Origin: an uncultured Oscillospiraceae bacterium
GTDB taxonomy: Bacteria; Bacillota; Clostridia; Oscillospirales; Oscillospiraceae
Assembly: GCA_958426425.1 (NCBI GenBank)
Contig: CATZYY010000002.1
Coordinates: 920 to 64,919 of the forward strand
Length of the DNA: 64,000 nucleotides
Direction: 5' to 3'
Positions 1 to 9,079 of the stretch are shown here, piece after piece. The notes under the pieces are model-generated. The model was not told where the DNA came from and did not search any database. It worked only from the letters and a program-made list of their open reading frames with translations. The position numbers were made by a program, and so were the translations under genes. Positions within the stretch are counted from its first letter, which is position 1; each line of letters opens with the position of its first letter.

Positions 1-1
1 C

Positions 2-598
2 TATGAATCCTCCGGCACCCTGCTGGAACAGATTCAGTCCGGCGCGGACTGCGACCTGTTCCTCTCCGCCGGTGCCTCCCAGATGGACACCCTGGAAGAG
101 AACGGCGGCGTGCTGGAGGGCTCCCGCCTGGATCTGCTGGAGAACAAGGTGGCCCTGGCGGTGCCGGAGGGCAACCCCAAGGGCATCGAGAGCTTTGACC
201 AGCTCTCCGAGCTGCTGAAAAGCGGCGACGTGTTCCTGGCCATCGGCAACAGCGATGTGCCCGTGGGACAGTACACCCAGAAGATCTTCGCTTACTATGG
301 CATTGAGGAGGCAGCCATCGCCGACTGCCTGACCTACGGCTCCAACGTCAAGGAAGTCACCACCCAGGTCAGCGAGGGGGCCGTGGACTGCGGCATCATC
401 TACGCCACCGACGCCTTCTCCGCAGGGCTCACCACCGTGGACGGCGCCACCGCCGAGATGTGCGGTCAGGTGATTTACCCCGCCGCCGTGACGGCCGGCA
501 GCGCGCATCCCGACGAGGCCCAGGCCTTTTTGGACTATCTGACCACCGCCGAGGCCGGCGCGGTCTTTGAGAGCGTGGGCTTCACTCCGCTGAGCTGA
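2..598 (+). CDS. modA: Molybdate ABC transporter substrate-binding protein (5' truncated by window edge)
   Basis: Frame open from base 2 (SSGTLLEQIQSGADCDLFLSA); VPVGQY, NVKEV, DCGIIYATDA and YPAAV motifs; upstream of modBC. Confidence 0.93.
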   Translation, partial: YESSGTLLEQIQSGADCDLFLSAGASQMDTLEENGGVLEGSRLDLLENKVALAVPEGNPKGIESFDQLSELLKSGDVFLAIGNSDVPVGQYTQKIFAYYGIEEAAIADCLTYGSNVKEVTTQVSEGAVDCGIIYATDAFSAGLTTVDGATAEMCGQVIYPAAVTAGSAHPDEAQAFLDYLTTAEAGAVFESVGFTPLS

Positions 599-716
599 CG
601 CCCCCAGAATCCATTCTGTCCGGCCGGGCTTTGCCCGGCCGGACCAAGGTTTTCTCCGCAAATCACGTTCTCGGCCCAAGTTCCGCCCCGCTGGCAATCT
701 GCCTTGAGACAAGTCT

Positions 717-1027
717 GCCTTCGGCGGGCGGAAACGGCGTCCCCTATCATCCCCCCACAGGAGGTCCCGTAATATGGACTGGTTTCCCCTTTACAATTCT
801 CTGCGCATCGCCGCCATTGCCCCATTGGGCTAACGCCCAACGGGGACCCCGGATCGATCTTGCCCGGACAGGCAAAGCCCGACCGGGCCAAGGCCGCAAA
901 ACGCTTGTACGCCGCGCCGCGGCGCCCCGCCTTCGGCGGACGAAAACGGCGTCCTCTATCATCCCCTCAGGAGGTCCCGTGTATGGACTGGTTTCCCCTT
1001 CTAAACTCTTTAAGAATTGCCGCCATT
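717..1027 (+). repeat. Diverged direct repeat (717-818 vs 929-1027) of the modB leader, RBS and first 15 codons
   Basis: Both copies read gccttcggcgg..aaacggcgtcc..tatcatcccc..caggaggtcccgt..atggactggtttcccctt..gccgccatt. Confidence 0.9.
774..833 (+). pseudogene. Truncated modB 5' stub, MDWFPLYNSLRIAAIAPLG*
   Basis: AGGAGG RBS then ATG; matches the N-terminus of intact modB (MDWFPLLNSLRIAAI), then diverges and stops at TAA 831-833. Confidence 0.8.
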
Positions 1028-1660
1028 TCCACAGTGGCCGTGTTTTTTCTCGGCATCTGGGCGGCGCATTACATTGCGAAGCTACCCCGGCTGGTGAAAG
1101 GCGTACTGGACGTGGTGCTGACGTTGCCACTGGTGCTGCCGCCAACGGTGGTGGGCTGGCTCCTTTTGATGCTGCTGGGGCCCAAGCGGCCCATCGGCCT
1201 CTGGGTCCTGGAGACCTTCGGGGTGAAGCTGGTGATGACCTGGTGGTCCGCCATTTTCGCAACCGTCGTGGTGGCCTTCCCCCTCATGTACCGCACCGCG
1301 CGGGGTGCCTTTGAGAGCTTCGACCGGAACCTCTCCGACGCGGGAAGGACTCTGGGCCGCTCCAACACGTGGGTGTTCTGGCGAGTCCAGATGCCGGTGT
1401 GCAGGCAGGGCATTTTGGCCGGGACTGTACTGGCCTTCGCAAGGGCGCTGGGTGAGTACGGCGCCACCTCCATGATCGCCGGCTACACCCCCGGCCGCAC
1501 CGCCACCATCTCCACCACCGTCTACCAGCTCTGGCGCACCAACGACAACGCGGGCGCCGCCATGTGGGTGCTGGTGAACATCGCCATCTCCGCCGTGTTC
1601 CTGCTGGCGGTGAACCTGCTGGAATCCCGGCAGAAGGCGGAAAAAGGAGGGCGGCGCTGA
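983..1660 (+). CDS. modB: Molybdate ABC transporter permease
   Basis: LPLVLPPTVVG and FARALGEYGAT motifs; AGGAGG RBS before ATG 983. Confidence 0.95.
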   Translation: MDWFPLLNSLRIAAISTVAVFFLGIWAAHYIAKLPRLVKGVLDVVLTLPLVLPPTVVGWLLLMLLGPKRPIGLWVLETFGVKLVMTWWSAIFATVVVAFPLMYRTARGAFESFDRNLSDAGRTLGRSNTWVFWRVQMPVCRQGILAGTVLAFARALGEYGATSMIAGYTPGRTATISTTVYQLWRTNDNAGAAMWVLVNIAISAVFLLAVNLLESRQKAEKGGRR

Positions 1661-2706
1661 TGGGTCTGTATGTGGACATTGAAAAGCGCATGGGGGACTT
1701 CCATCTGGAGGTCCAGTTTCAGGCGGAACGGGAGACATTGGCCCTGCTGGGTGCTTCCGGCTGCGGCAAGAGCGTGACGCTCCGGTGCGTGGCGGGCATC
1801 CTAACCCCGGACAAAGGCCGCATCACTCTGGACGGTGTGACCCTCTTTGACAGCGCTGCCCGCATCGACCTGCCGCCCCAGAAGCGGCGGGTGGGCTACC
1901 TTTTTCAGCAGTACGCCCTGTTCCCCAACATGACGGTGCGGCAAAACATCGCCGCTGCGGTCCGGGACCGGAAAACCCGGACCGCAGCCACGGAGGAAAA
2001 GCTCCGGCAGTTCCAGCTGGAGGCGGTGGCGGACCTGCGGCCCGCCCAGCTCTCCGGCGGACAGCAGCAGCGCTGCGCCTTAGCCCGGATCTTGGCTTCG
2101 GAGCCGGGGGCCATTTTGCTGGACGAGCCCTTTTCCGCTCTGGACAGCTACCTGAAGTATCAGTTAGAATTGGAGCTGTGGGAGACCCTGTCCGCCTTCC
2201 CGGGCCCAGTGGTGTGGGTATCCCATGACCGGGGAGAGGTGCTGCGCAACTGCCCAAAGGTCTGCGTCATGGACCATGGCCGCTCCCAGGCCGTGCGGCC
2301 CATGGCTGACCTGATGGCCCGGCCCGGCACTGAGGCGGCGGCCCGGCTCTCCGGCTGCGAGAACTTTGCCGACGCGGCCCCCCAGGGCGACAGGGTACAC
2401 CTTCCGGCGTGGGGCGTGACCCTTGCCTGCGGCGGAGCAGTGCCGGAGGAGATCCACCGGGCGGGTATCCGGGCCCGGAGCCTGCGCCCGGCGGAGGCCG
2501 GAATGGAAAACGCCTTTGCCTGCCGGGTGGTCCGGGTGGTGGAGGACGTGAACGCCCTCACCGTGCTGCTGCGTCCGGAGGCCGCGGCGGCGGATGCACC
2601 GCCCATCTGCATGGAGGCGGACCGGGGGACCTGGCGGGCCCAGAGCGGCGAAACGGTCACCGTGGCTGTGGACCCCGGCGAGATTTTGCTGCTCAGTGAT
2701 AAATAA
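1660..2706 (+). CDS. modC: Molybdate ABC transporter ATPase
   Basis: Walker A GASGCGKS, LSGGQQQR, LLDEPFSALD; start overlaps modB stop. Confidence 0.92.
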   Translation: MGLYVDIEKRMGDFHLEVQFQAERETLALLGASGCGKSVTLRCVAGILTPDKGRITLDGVTLFDSAARIDLPPQKRRVGYLFQQYALFPNMTVRQNIAAAVRDRKTRTAATEEKLRQFQLEAVADLRPAQLSGGQQQRCALARILASEPGAILLDEPFSALDSYLKYQLELELWETLSAFPGPVVWVSHDRGEVLRNCPKVCVMDHGRSQAVRPMADLMARPGTEAAARLSGCENFADAAPQGDRVHLPAWGVTLACGGAVPEEIHRAGIRARSLRPAEAGMENAFACRVVRVVEDVNALTVLLRPEAAAADAPPICMEADRGTWRAQSGETVTVAVDPGEILLLSDK

Positions 2707-2719
2707 AGGAGGAATTCAC

Positions 2720-3217
2720 ATGTTCAAGGCGGCGGTGGTGACAGTCAGCGACCGCAGTTTTCGCGGCGAGCGGCCGGACGGCGGCGGGCCGGTGGTAGCG
2801 GAGCTTCTGAAAGTCGCCGGATACGAGATTGCGGAAACCGTGATTGTACCCGATGAACAGGATCAGATCGAGGCGGCCCTGCGGGCGCTGTGTGATACGG
2901 GGGGAATCTCCCTGGTGGTCACCACCGGCGGCACCGGCTTCTCTCCCCGGGACGTGACCCCGGAGGCCACTATGGCGGTGTGCCAGCGGCTGACGCCGGG
3001 CATTCCGGAGGCCATGCGCTACGCCTCTATGCAGGTGACCCCCCGGGGGATGCTGTCCCGGGCGGCGGCGGGCATTCGTGGCAGGACGCTGATCGTAAAC
3101 CTGCCTGGCTCCCCCAAGGCAGCCAAAGAGAATCTGGAGGCAGTGCTCCCCACCCTTGCCCACGGCCTGGAGATGCTCACCGGCGGCCCCGCCGACTGCG
3201 CATCTTTAACAGACTGA
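2720..3217 (+). CDS. mog: MogA/MoaB family molybdopterin adenylyltransferase
   Basis: VSDR, TTGGTGFSPRDVTPEAT, SR..AGIRG, NLPGSPKA; AAGGAGG RBS. Confidence 0.93.
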   Translation: MFKAAVVTVSDRSFRGERPDGGGPVVAELLKVAGYEIAETVIVPDEQDQIEAALRALCDTGGISLVVTTGGTGFSPRDVTPEATMAVCQRLTPGIPEAMRYASMQVTPRGMLSRAAAGIRGRTLIVNLPGSPKAAKENLEAVLPTLAHGLEMLTGGPADCASLTD

Positions 3218-3225
3218 GACAGATA

Positions 3226-3254
3226 AAACCCCCGGACACAATGTCCGGGGGTTT
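3226..3254. terminator. Bidirectional intrinsic terminator
   Basis: aaacccccggaca-caa-tgtccgggggttt between convergent genes. Confidence 0.8.
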
Positions 3255-3329
3255 CTTTCAGAATCATCTGCTTTTTCTGCGGGAAATCCCAGGTTTTCAG
3301 AATCTCCGGGAGGTTCTGCGCAGCATTCA

Positions 3330-3764
3330 CTAACGTTCGTCACCTGATTTTTCACACTCCCGGCGCACCAGGTCCGCCAGGGTAAACCGATCCACATAGC
3401 CGTTGATAACCTCATACAGCCCCGCCCAGAAATCCCGGGCGGCACATCCATCACAGCGGCCGCAGATATTGTTTTCCTGGGGGTCCAAACAGGTCACCGG
3501 GGCCAAGTCTCCCTCTGTCAGCCGCAGAATGCTGCCCACCGTATACTCCTCCGGATCACGGGTCAGACGATAGCCGCCCTGCGCTCCCCGTCCGCTGCGG
3601 AGAAAGCCTGCCTTTCCCAATATACCAGCAATCTGCTCCAGGTACTTGGTAGACAGCTCCTGCCGAACCGCCACATCCTTTAACGGCACATAACCCAGCT
3701 GCCCGTGGATTGCCACATCCGTCATTAACCGCAGGGCATATCGCCCTCTGGTGGAAACACGCAT
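3330..3764 (-). CDS. Rrf2 family transcriptional regulator (IscR/CymR-like)
   Basis: STRGRYALR, YLEQI, RGAQGGY; Cys cluster VTCL..C..CDGC. Confidence 0.92.
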   Translation of the reverse strand: MRVSTRGRYALRLMTDVAIHGQLGYVPLKDVAVRQELSTKYLEQIAGILGKAGFLRSGRGAQGGYRLTRDPEEYTVGSILRLTEGDLAPVTCLDPQENNICGRCDGCAARDFWAGLYEVINGYVDRFTLADLVRRECEKSGDER

Positions 3765-3884
3765 GGCCCCTCCCTCCTTTCTTTTTATTTTGCCATGATG
3801 TTGTTACAATTGCAATATTTTTTCCATTATTTGTGTATTTTTATTTCTTTTTTTGGGAGCTTATAGACGAAAACACAGGATGAA

Positions 3885-3913
3885 TTGACATTCGCCCAGC
3901 TTTTTCGTAAAAT
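3885..3913 (+). promoter_or_regulatory. Sigma-A promoter of the malic enzyme gene
   Basis: TTGACA-17 bp-TAAAAT. Confidence 0.75.
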
Positions 3914-3972
3914 GGAGTAAATCGTCAACTTCTTGCATCCAAAAAAATATTCAACAGGAGGTTCAAAGAACC

Positions 3973-5145
3973 ATGGATTATGCAAAGGAATCTCTCCGTC
4001 TGCACTATGAGTGGAAGGGCAAGCTGGAGGTGACGCCCCGGGCGGAAGTCAACTCCAAGGAGGCTCTGTCCCTTGCCTATACGCCGGGCGTGGCCCAGCC
4101 CTGCCTGGAAATCCAGAAGGACGTCAACAAGAGCTACGAGCTGACCCGCCGGTGGAACACCGTGGCCGTGGTCACCGACGGCTCCGCCGTACTGGGCCTG
4201 GGCGACATCGGCCCTGAGGCCGGCATGCCGGTTATGGAGGGCAAGTGCGTCCTGTTCAAGGCCTTCGGCGGCGTGGACGCCATCCCCCTGTGCGTACGCA
4301 GCCACGATGTGGACGAGATCGTAAACACCGTGGCCCTGCTGGCCGGGTCCTTCGGCGGTGTGAACCTGGAGGACATCGCCGCCCCCCGGTGCTTTGAGAT
4401 CGAGCGGAAGCTGAAGGAGCGCTGCGACATTCCCATCTTCCACGACGACCAGCACGGCACCGCTGTCATCACTCTGGCAGGCCTCACCAACGCGCTGAAA
4501 GTGGTGGGCAAGAAGCCGGAGGATGTGAAGATCGTTTTCAACGGCGCCGGCGCCGCTGCCATCGCCATTGTGAAGCTGCTGCTGTCCGCCGGTGCCGAAA
4601 ATATCACCCTCTGTGACCGCAAGGGCGCCATTTACGCCGGCCGGACCGAGGGCATGAACGCCGTGAAGGAGGAAATCGCCCAGGTGACCAACCCTGCCAA
4701 ACAGGCCGGCTCCCTGGCCGACGTGCTGGTGGGGGCCGACGTATTCATCGGCGTGTCCGCCCCCGGTGCTGTCACCACGGAGATGGTGAAGACCATGGCC
4801 AAGGACGCAGTTATTTTCGCCTGCGCCAACCCCACGCCGGAGATCTTCCCCGACGACGCCAGAGCCGGCGGCGCGGCGGTGATCGCCACCGGCCGCAGCG
4901 ATTTCCCCAACCAGATCAATAACGTCTTGGCCTTCCCCGGCATCTTCCGAGGTGCGCTGGACGCCCGGGCTAGCGACATTAACGACGCTATGAAGATTGC
5001 GGCCGCCCAGGCCCTGGCAGACCTGGTAGGCGACGACCTCAGCGCCGACTATATCATCCCCGCTGCCTTCGATCCCCGTGTCAAGGACGCCGTGGCCGCC
5101 GCCGTCAATAAGGCCGCCCACGACTCTGGCGTAGCTCGGATCTGA
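3973..5145 (+). CDS. NAD(P)-dependent malic enzyme (short type)
   Basis: AYTPGVA, LGLGDIGP, NLEDI, FHDDQHGT, GAGAA, GRSDFPNQINN. Confidence 0.96.
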   Translation: MDYAKESLRLHYEWKGKLEVTPRAEVNSKEALSLAYTPGVAQPCLEIQKDVNKSYELTRRWNTVAVVTDGSAVLGLGDIGPEAGMPVMEGKCVLFKAFGGVDAIPLCVRSHDVDEIVNTVALLAGSFGGVNLEDIAAPRCFEIERKLKERCDIPIFHDDQHGTAVITLAGLTNALKVVGKKPEDVKIVFNGAGAAAIAIVKLLLSAGAENITLCDRKGAIYAGRTEGMNAVKEEIAQVTNPAKQAGSLADVLVGADVFIGVSAPGAVTTEMVKTMAKDAVIFACANPTPEIFPDDARAGGAAVIATGRSDFPNQINNVLAFPGIFRGALDARASDINDAMKIAAAQALADLVGDDLSADYIIPAAFDPRVKDAVAAAVNKAAHDSGVARI

Positions 5146-5250
5146 GAAGTTTTCAAAGAGTTTTCGGCATCCGGCGGCTTTTTCTTGCAAAGAGGCGGGA
5201 AATTGTGGTAGAATAAATAAACGAAGCCCAGCTGAAAGGAAGTCTCCGCC

Positions 5251-5625
5251 GTGAAAATTCAAGAATCCGCCGAAAACTACCTGGAAACCATTCTGATCCT
5301 GCGGGAGAGAAAGGGGTTTGTCCGCTCCATTGACATTGCCGGAGAGCTGGAATTCTCCAAGCCCAGTGTCAGCGTGGCTATAAAGAACCTGCGGGAGAAC
5401 GGCTATATCCAGGTGGATGAGCTGGGTCACATCACCCTCACCGGCTCCGGAGAAGAAATTGCCCAGCGGATTTACGAGCGGCACACTTTCCTGTCCACCT
5501 GGCTGACGGCCCTGGGCGTAGACCCCAAGGTGGCGGCGGAGGACGCCTGCCGCATTGAGCACGTCATCAGTGCGGAGAGCTTTTCCGCCATCCGCGCCCA
5601 TGTGGAAGAAAATCAGGCCCATTGA
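5251..5625 (+). CDS. DtxR/MntR family metal-dependent regulator
   Basis: ESAENYLETI, SKPSVS, YERH, DACRIEH; GTG start. Confidence 0.92.
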   Translation: MKIQESAENYLETILILRERKGFVRSIDIAGELEFSKPSVSVAIKNLRENGYIQVDELGHITLTGSGEEIAQRIYERHTFLSTWLTALGVDPKVAAEDACRIEHVISAESFSAIRAHVEENQAH

Positions 5626-5636
5626 GACAACCAGCA

Positions 5637-5672
5637 AACGCCGCGGGAACGTGTTTCCCGCGGCGTCTTTTT
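5637..5672 (+). terminator. Intrinsic terminator
   Basis: acgccgcgggaa..ttcccgcggcgt followed by T tract. Confidence 0.75.
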
Positions 5673-5765
5673 GTGGAATTTCCCGTTGAGGAGGAAGACG
5701 GATTTTGCTATAATCAGGGAGATGTCGGAAACGCCCGCCCTATGGATGGGCAGAAGGAGGATTTC

Positions 5766-6155
5766 ATGAAGAAGAAACTGCTGCTGGGCTGCGGCGCTCT
5801 AGTGCTGGCCTGTCTGCTGACCGCCGTGCTGTATATTCAGACCCGTCCCGGCACCGCCGCGGGTGCAAAGTCCATTGACGTGCTGGTAGTCCACGGAGAT
5901 GGGTCCGAAGCTAGTTTCCAATACCAGACCGACGAGGAATACCTGGGCGATGTGCTGACGGAAAACGGCCTGGTGGAGGGCACGGAGAGCGCATATGGCC
6001 TGTTTATCACCACCGTGGACGGCGAGACGGCGGATGACTCCCTCCAGCAGTGGTGGTGCATCACCCGGGAGGGGGAGATGCTCCCCACCGGCGCCGATCA
6101 AACTCCCATTGCCGACGGGGAACAGTATGAGCTGACCCTGACGGAAGGGTACTAA
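5766..6155 (+). CDS. Membrane-anchored DUF4430 (transcobalamin C-terminal-like) protein
   Basis: N-terminal TM; GLFITTVDG, QWW, TGADQTPI.DG pattern; AAGGAGG RBS. Confidence 0.75.
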   Translation: MKKKLLLGCGALVLACLLTAVLYIQTRPGTAAGAKSIDVLVVHGDGSEASFQYQTDEEYLGDVLTENGLVEGTESAYGLFITTVDGETADDSLQQWWCITREGEMLPTGADQTPIADGEQYELTLTEGY

Positions 6156-6665
6156 ATGGCACCCTCCAACGCCCGGCGCCTGGCGCTGCTGGGGCTTTTG
6201 ACAGCGGTGCTGCTGGGAAGTCAGGTAGCTCTGGCAGCGCTGCCCAACGTAGAAATCGTAAGTCTACTGGTGATCCTGTACAGCCTGCTCCTGGGCCGGC
6301 AGGTATTCCTGATTGTCTATGGCTTCGTACTGCTGGAGGGCTGTCTGTACGGCTTCGGCCTTTGGTGGATCAGCTATCTCTACGTCTGGTCCATCCTGGC
6401 GGGAATCGTTCTGGTACTGCGTCAGCCCAAGGCTCCCGCCCTGTTTTGGGCCATTCTCTCGGGCTTTTTCGGTCTGTCTTTCGGCGCTCTGTGCGCCCTC
6501 CCCTATCTGGTCACTGGCGGGCCAGCCGCTGCCCTGAGCTATTGGCTGTCGGGCCTGGGTTTTGACCTGGTCCACTGCGCCGGAAACTTTTTCACCTGCC
6601 TGGTGCTGTTTCGCCCTCTGTACCGCCTGCTGGAGAGGCTGCTGGAGCGGTACGGCTGGCAGTAA
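6156..6665 (+). CDS. ECF transporter S component (CbrT-like)
   Basis: Multi-TM, ALPNVEIVSLL and FDLVH..GN motifs; starts immediately after the DUF4430 stop. Confidence 0.7.
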   Translation: MAPSNARRLALLGLLTAVLLGSQVALAALPNVEIVSLLVILYSLLLGRQVFLIVYGFVLLEGCLYGFGLWWISYLYVWSILAGIVLVLRQPKAPALFWAILSGFFGLSFGALCALPYLVTGGPAAALSYWLSGLGFDLVHCAGNFFTCLVLFRPLYRLLERLLERYGWQ

Positions 6666-6694
6666 GCCCATGATTTTCAATCCAAATTTTCAAC

Positions 6695-6737
6695 AAAAAA
6701 AGAAGGGGTTGGACCTAGGTCCAACCCCTTCTTTTTT
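6695..6737. terminator. Bidirectional terminator
   Basis: Perfect inverted repeat aaaaaagaaggggttggacc-ta-ggtccaaccccttctttttt between convergent genes. Confidence 0.85.
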
Positions 6738-6739
6738 GC

Positions 6740-7021
6740 TTATTCAGCCTCGTAGACGCAGGCCTGCTTGCGGTCCTTGCCCAGCCGCTCAAAGCGGAGG
6801 ACGCCGCTGGCAGTGGCAAACAGCGTATCGTCGCTGCCGATGCCCACGTTCACGCCGGGGTGAATGTGGGTGCCGCGCTGGCGAACCAGAATGTTGCCAG
6901 CCTTGACGAACTGACCGTCAGCCCGCTTGGGGCCCAGGCGCTTGGCCTGAGAATCACGGCCGTTCTTGGTGGAGCCGCCGCCCTTTTTGTGGGCGAAGAA
7001 CTGAAGACCAATACGAATCAT
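6740..7021 (-). CDS. rpmA: 50S ribosomal protein L27 with Prp-cleaved N-terminal extension
   Basis: [24 protein letters not shown]. Confidence 0.98.
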   Translation of the reverse strand: MIRIGLQFFAHKKGGGSTKNGRDSQAKRLGPKRADGQFVKAGNILVRQRGTHIHPGVNVGIGSDDTLFATASGVLRFERLGKDRKQACVYEAE

Positions 7022-7064
7022 GACACGAACCATCCTTTCTTTCAAAGTTTAGATGGAGAGGACA

Positions 7065-7397
7065 TCAATCGTCCTCCAAAGCCTCGATGTTGTGGGGGTA
7101 TTCGTCATGGAGCTGGGCGAAGTACACCATCAATCCCGCCAGAAGCGTCTGGCAGGTGCTCTCGGCAGTGGGAGAGAGGCCTCCCGGCAGCCGAAGGGAG
7201 ATGGATGCGTCCTTTTCCCGGACCTTTACGGAAGCCGCCAGACCCAACACGTCGTTGACGGTTGTCTCCACCAGGCGCACGGCGCTGGTGACGGCGGCGC
7301 AGACGATGTCGCTGCCGGCCTCGGCGTAGCCGCTGTGGCCCTGGACATCAAACCCGGTGATCCGGTCGCCCTCCATACGGAATGTGACGGTAGTCAT
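7065..7397 (-). CDS. prp: Ribosomal-processing cysteine protease
   Basis: GHSGYA..GSDIVCAAV; between rplU and rpmA. Confidence 0.96.
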   Translation of the reverse strand: MTTVTFRMEGDRITGFDVQGHSGYAEAGSDIVCAAVTSAVRLVETTVNDVLGLAASVKVREKDASISLRLPGGLSPTAESTCQTLLAGLMVYFAQLHDEYPHNIEALEDD

Positions 7398-7405
7398 ATC
7401 CCCAA

Positions 7406-7717
7406 TCAGACGGAGATCTTGGCGATCTCGACCTTGGTGTAGGGCTGACGATGGCCCTGACGCTTGCGGTAGCCCTTCTTGGCGTTGTACTTGAAGATGC
7501 GGATCTTCTTGCCCTTGCCGTTCTTGACGATCTTGGCCTCCACGCTGGCACCCTCCACAACGGGAGTGCCGAAGGTGGCCTTCTCACCGTCAATGACGGC
7601 CAGGACCTGGTCGAACTTCACGGTGTCGCCGGCTTCCTGGTCCAGCTTCTCGATGTAGACCACGTCGCCCTCGGCCACCTTGTACTGCTTGCCGCCGGTC
7701 ACGATAATAGCGTTCAT
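7406..7717 (-). CDS. rplU: 50S ribosomal protein L21
   Basis: [15 protein letters not shown]. Confidence 0.98.
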   Translation of the reverse strand: MNAIIVTGGKQYKVAEGDVVYIEKLDQEAGDTVKFDQVLAVIDGEKATFGTPVVEGASVEAKIVKNGKGKKIRIFKYNAKKGYRKRQGHRQPYTKVEIAKISV

Positions 7718-7739
7718 TCTCTGATTTCAACTCCTTCAT

Positions 7740-7800
7740 TACGGGCTCGCTGTCGGGGGCGGTCCCCGTAGAGACACTTCATGCCCATTCAAAGCGGCTT
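7740..7800 (-). ncRNA. Probable L21 leader cis-regulatory RNA
   Basis: 5' UTR of rplU reads GCCGC..GGGC..GCCC..GCGAG, resembling Firmicute L21 leaders; lies just downstream of a sigma-A promoter. Confidence 0.55.
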
Positions 7801-7804
7801 ATCA

Positions 7805-7833
7805 AGTATATCAGTGAAAAAGGAAATTGTCAA
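7805..7833 (-). promoter_or_regulatory. Sigma-A promoter of the rplU operon
   Basis: TTGACA-17 bp-TATACT on minus strand. Confidence 0.8.
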
Positions 7834-7862
7834 CGGGATTTTCAAGAAAAAATCAGAAAAGC

Positions 7863-8699
7863 TCAATATACGCCCCAGTAGGACACCCTTTGGGTGGAGA
7901 ACCGGCTGAGGCCGGTAACTGTGACGGTCAGTTTCTCCCGCCCGGCGATGGAAACCGGCTCCCCATCCTCGGTTCGGGGATTGAGATGAAAGCTGAACAT
8001 GTTCCCGTTCTTATAAATGAGGCCGGTAAATCCGGCAATGGAGCAGGCGTACTCCTCCCCCTCCACAGCGGCGGTCATCGCAGCTGGGACCTCCCAGGTC
8101 CGACTGGTCTTGTCCACAGGAACCGACTGACAGCCCGATACCAGCGCTCCGCCTTCCCTTCCATACACGCCCCGGGAGCGGAAGTGAACCCGGTATTCCC
8201 CTGACTCATTTACATCCACCGTATCCACCAGGACGCGGCAGCCCGCCGTGTCCTGGTAGAGCACCTTTCCGGCATTGCTCTCCAGATCCTCCAAGTTCAG
8301 TTCCACCGTCCAGCTGCCTGGGATGTCTTCATAGGCGATGGCGTAGTCGGCGTTGGTCAGCTGGTAGGCAAGGCCGTACCGCCAGGTGCCGTAAGCACCA
8401 TTTTCAATCAATATCATGACAATTATAGCCACGATAGTAGCCAATAGTCCGCCGATCAGCGCCCACCGCCGCTTCAGCGGCCCAAGGTTTCCCCGTTGCG
8501 GCACGCCGTAAATGACCTCCGTTACCTCTGTCTCCAGAGCTTGGGCAATTCGCTCCAATGTCTCCAGATCCGGCTGTGCCTTTCCCGTCTCCCAGGCGGA
8601 GACGGTCTGACGGGTAACGAACAGCTTCTCTGCCAGCTGCTCCTGCGTCAACGCTTTGGCAGTTCTGAGCCGCCGAATGTGCTTGCCTACGGATGCCAT
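7863..8699 (-). CDS. Membrane-anchored XRE/HTH_3 regulator with C-terminal extracytoplasmic domain
   Basis: LTQEQLAEKLFVTRQTVSAWETG helix-turn-helix; one TM segment. Confidence 0.85.
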   Translation of the reverse strand: MASVGKHIRRLRTAKALTQEQLAEKLFVTRQTVSAWETGKAQPDLETLERIAQALETEVTEVIYGVPQRGNLGPLKRRWALIGGLLATIVAIIVMILIENGAYGTWRYGLAYQLTNADYAIAYEDIPGSWTVELNLEDLESNAGKVLYQDTAGCRVLVDTVDVNESGEYRVHFRSRGVYGREGGALVSGCQSVPVDKTSRTWEVPAAMTAAVEGEEYACSIAGFTGLIYKNGNMFSFHLNPRTEDGEPVSIAGREKLTVTVTGLSRFSTQRVSYWGVY

Positions 8700-9079
8700 A
8701 TGGGTTGATCTCCTCCCGCTTTAGTCTGTTCAAAGCCTACCACGGGCAGGAAAAACTGTCACGCAAATCTCCTTTGCGTCTGCTATTTTCTCAATAAATG
8801 GCCAAAATGCGGAATGGGCTTTCAAAAAACCGAAATTTTATCTCACGTTTTACAAGGAACCCCTTTTGGAACAGCAAGGCTGTAAACAAGTCCAGTCAAA
8901 ACGGACAGTAACAACCACTCCCCGGGGCTTTTTCCTTCAGGGCTTTTGTCCCTGTCGCGGTGCGTGGCCGTATGATAGGGAAGCTGCACCTTCTGTCCCT
9001 TTTCGTCTTCGCCGCGGACCGACAGTCTGTCTCCCTGCCCTCCAGGGTGACATCAGAAACCAATCCGGACCAGAGGCGA

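Noticed and set aside
599..982. Moco/Wco riboswitch in the long modA-modB gap
   Set aside because: The gap is explained by a duplicated palindrome-plus-leader unit; I could not recognise riboswitch consensus elements
3925..5637. Long antisense ORFs here and at 20166-22148, 23527-25269, 36149-39019, 39830-41884, 52683-54026 and 58651-59886
   Set aside because: Shadows of well-supported genes on the opposite strand, expected with GC-rich codon usage; no motifs
8760..9079. Possible ncRNA or repeat element downstream of spoIIR
   Set aside because: No convincing stem set and no second copy in the window
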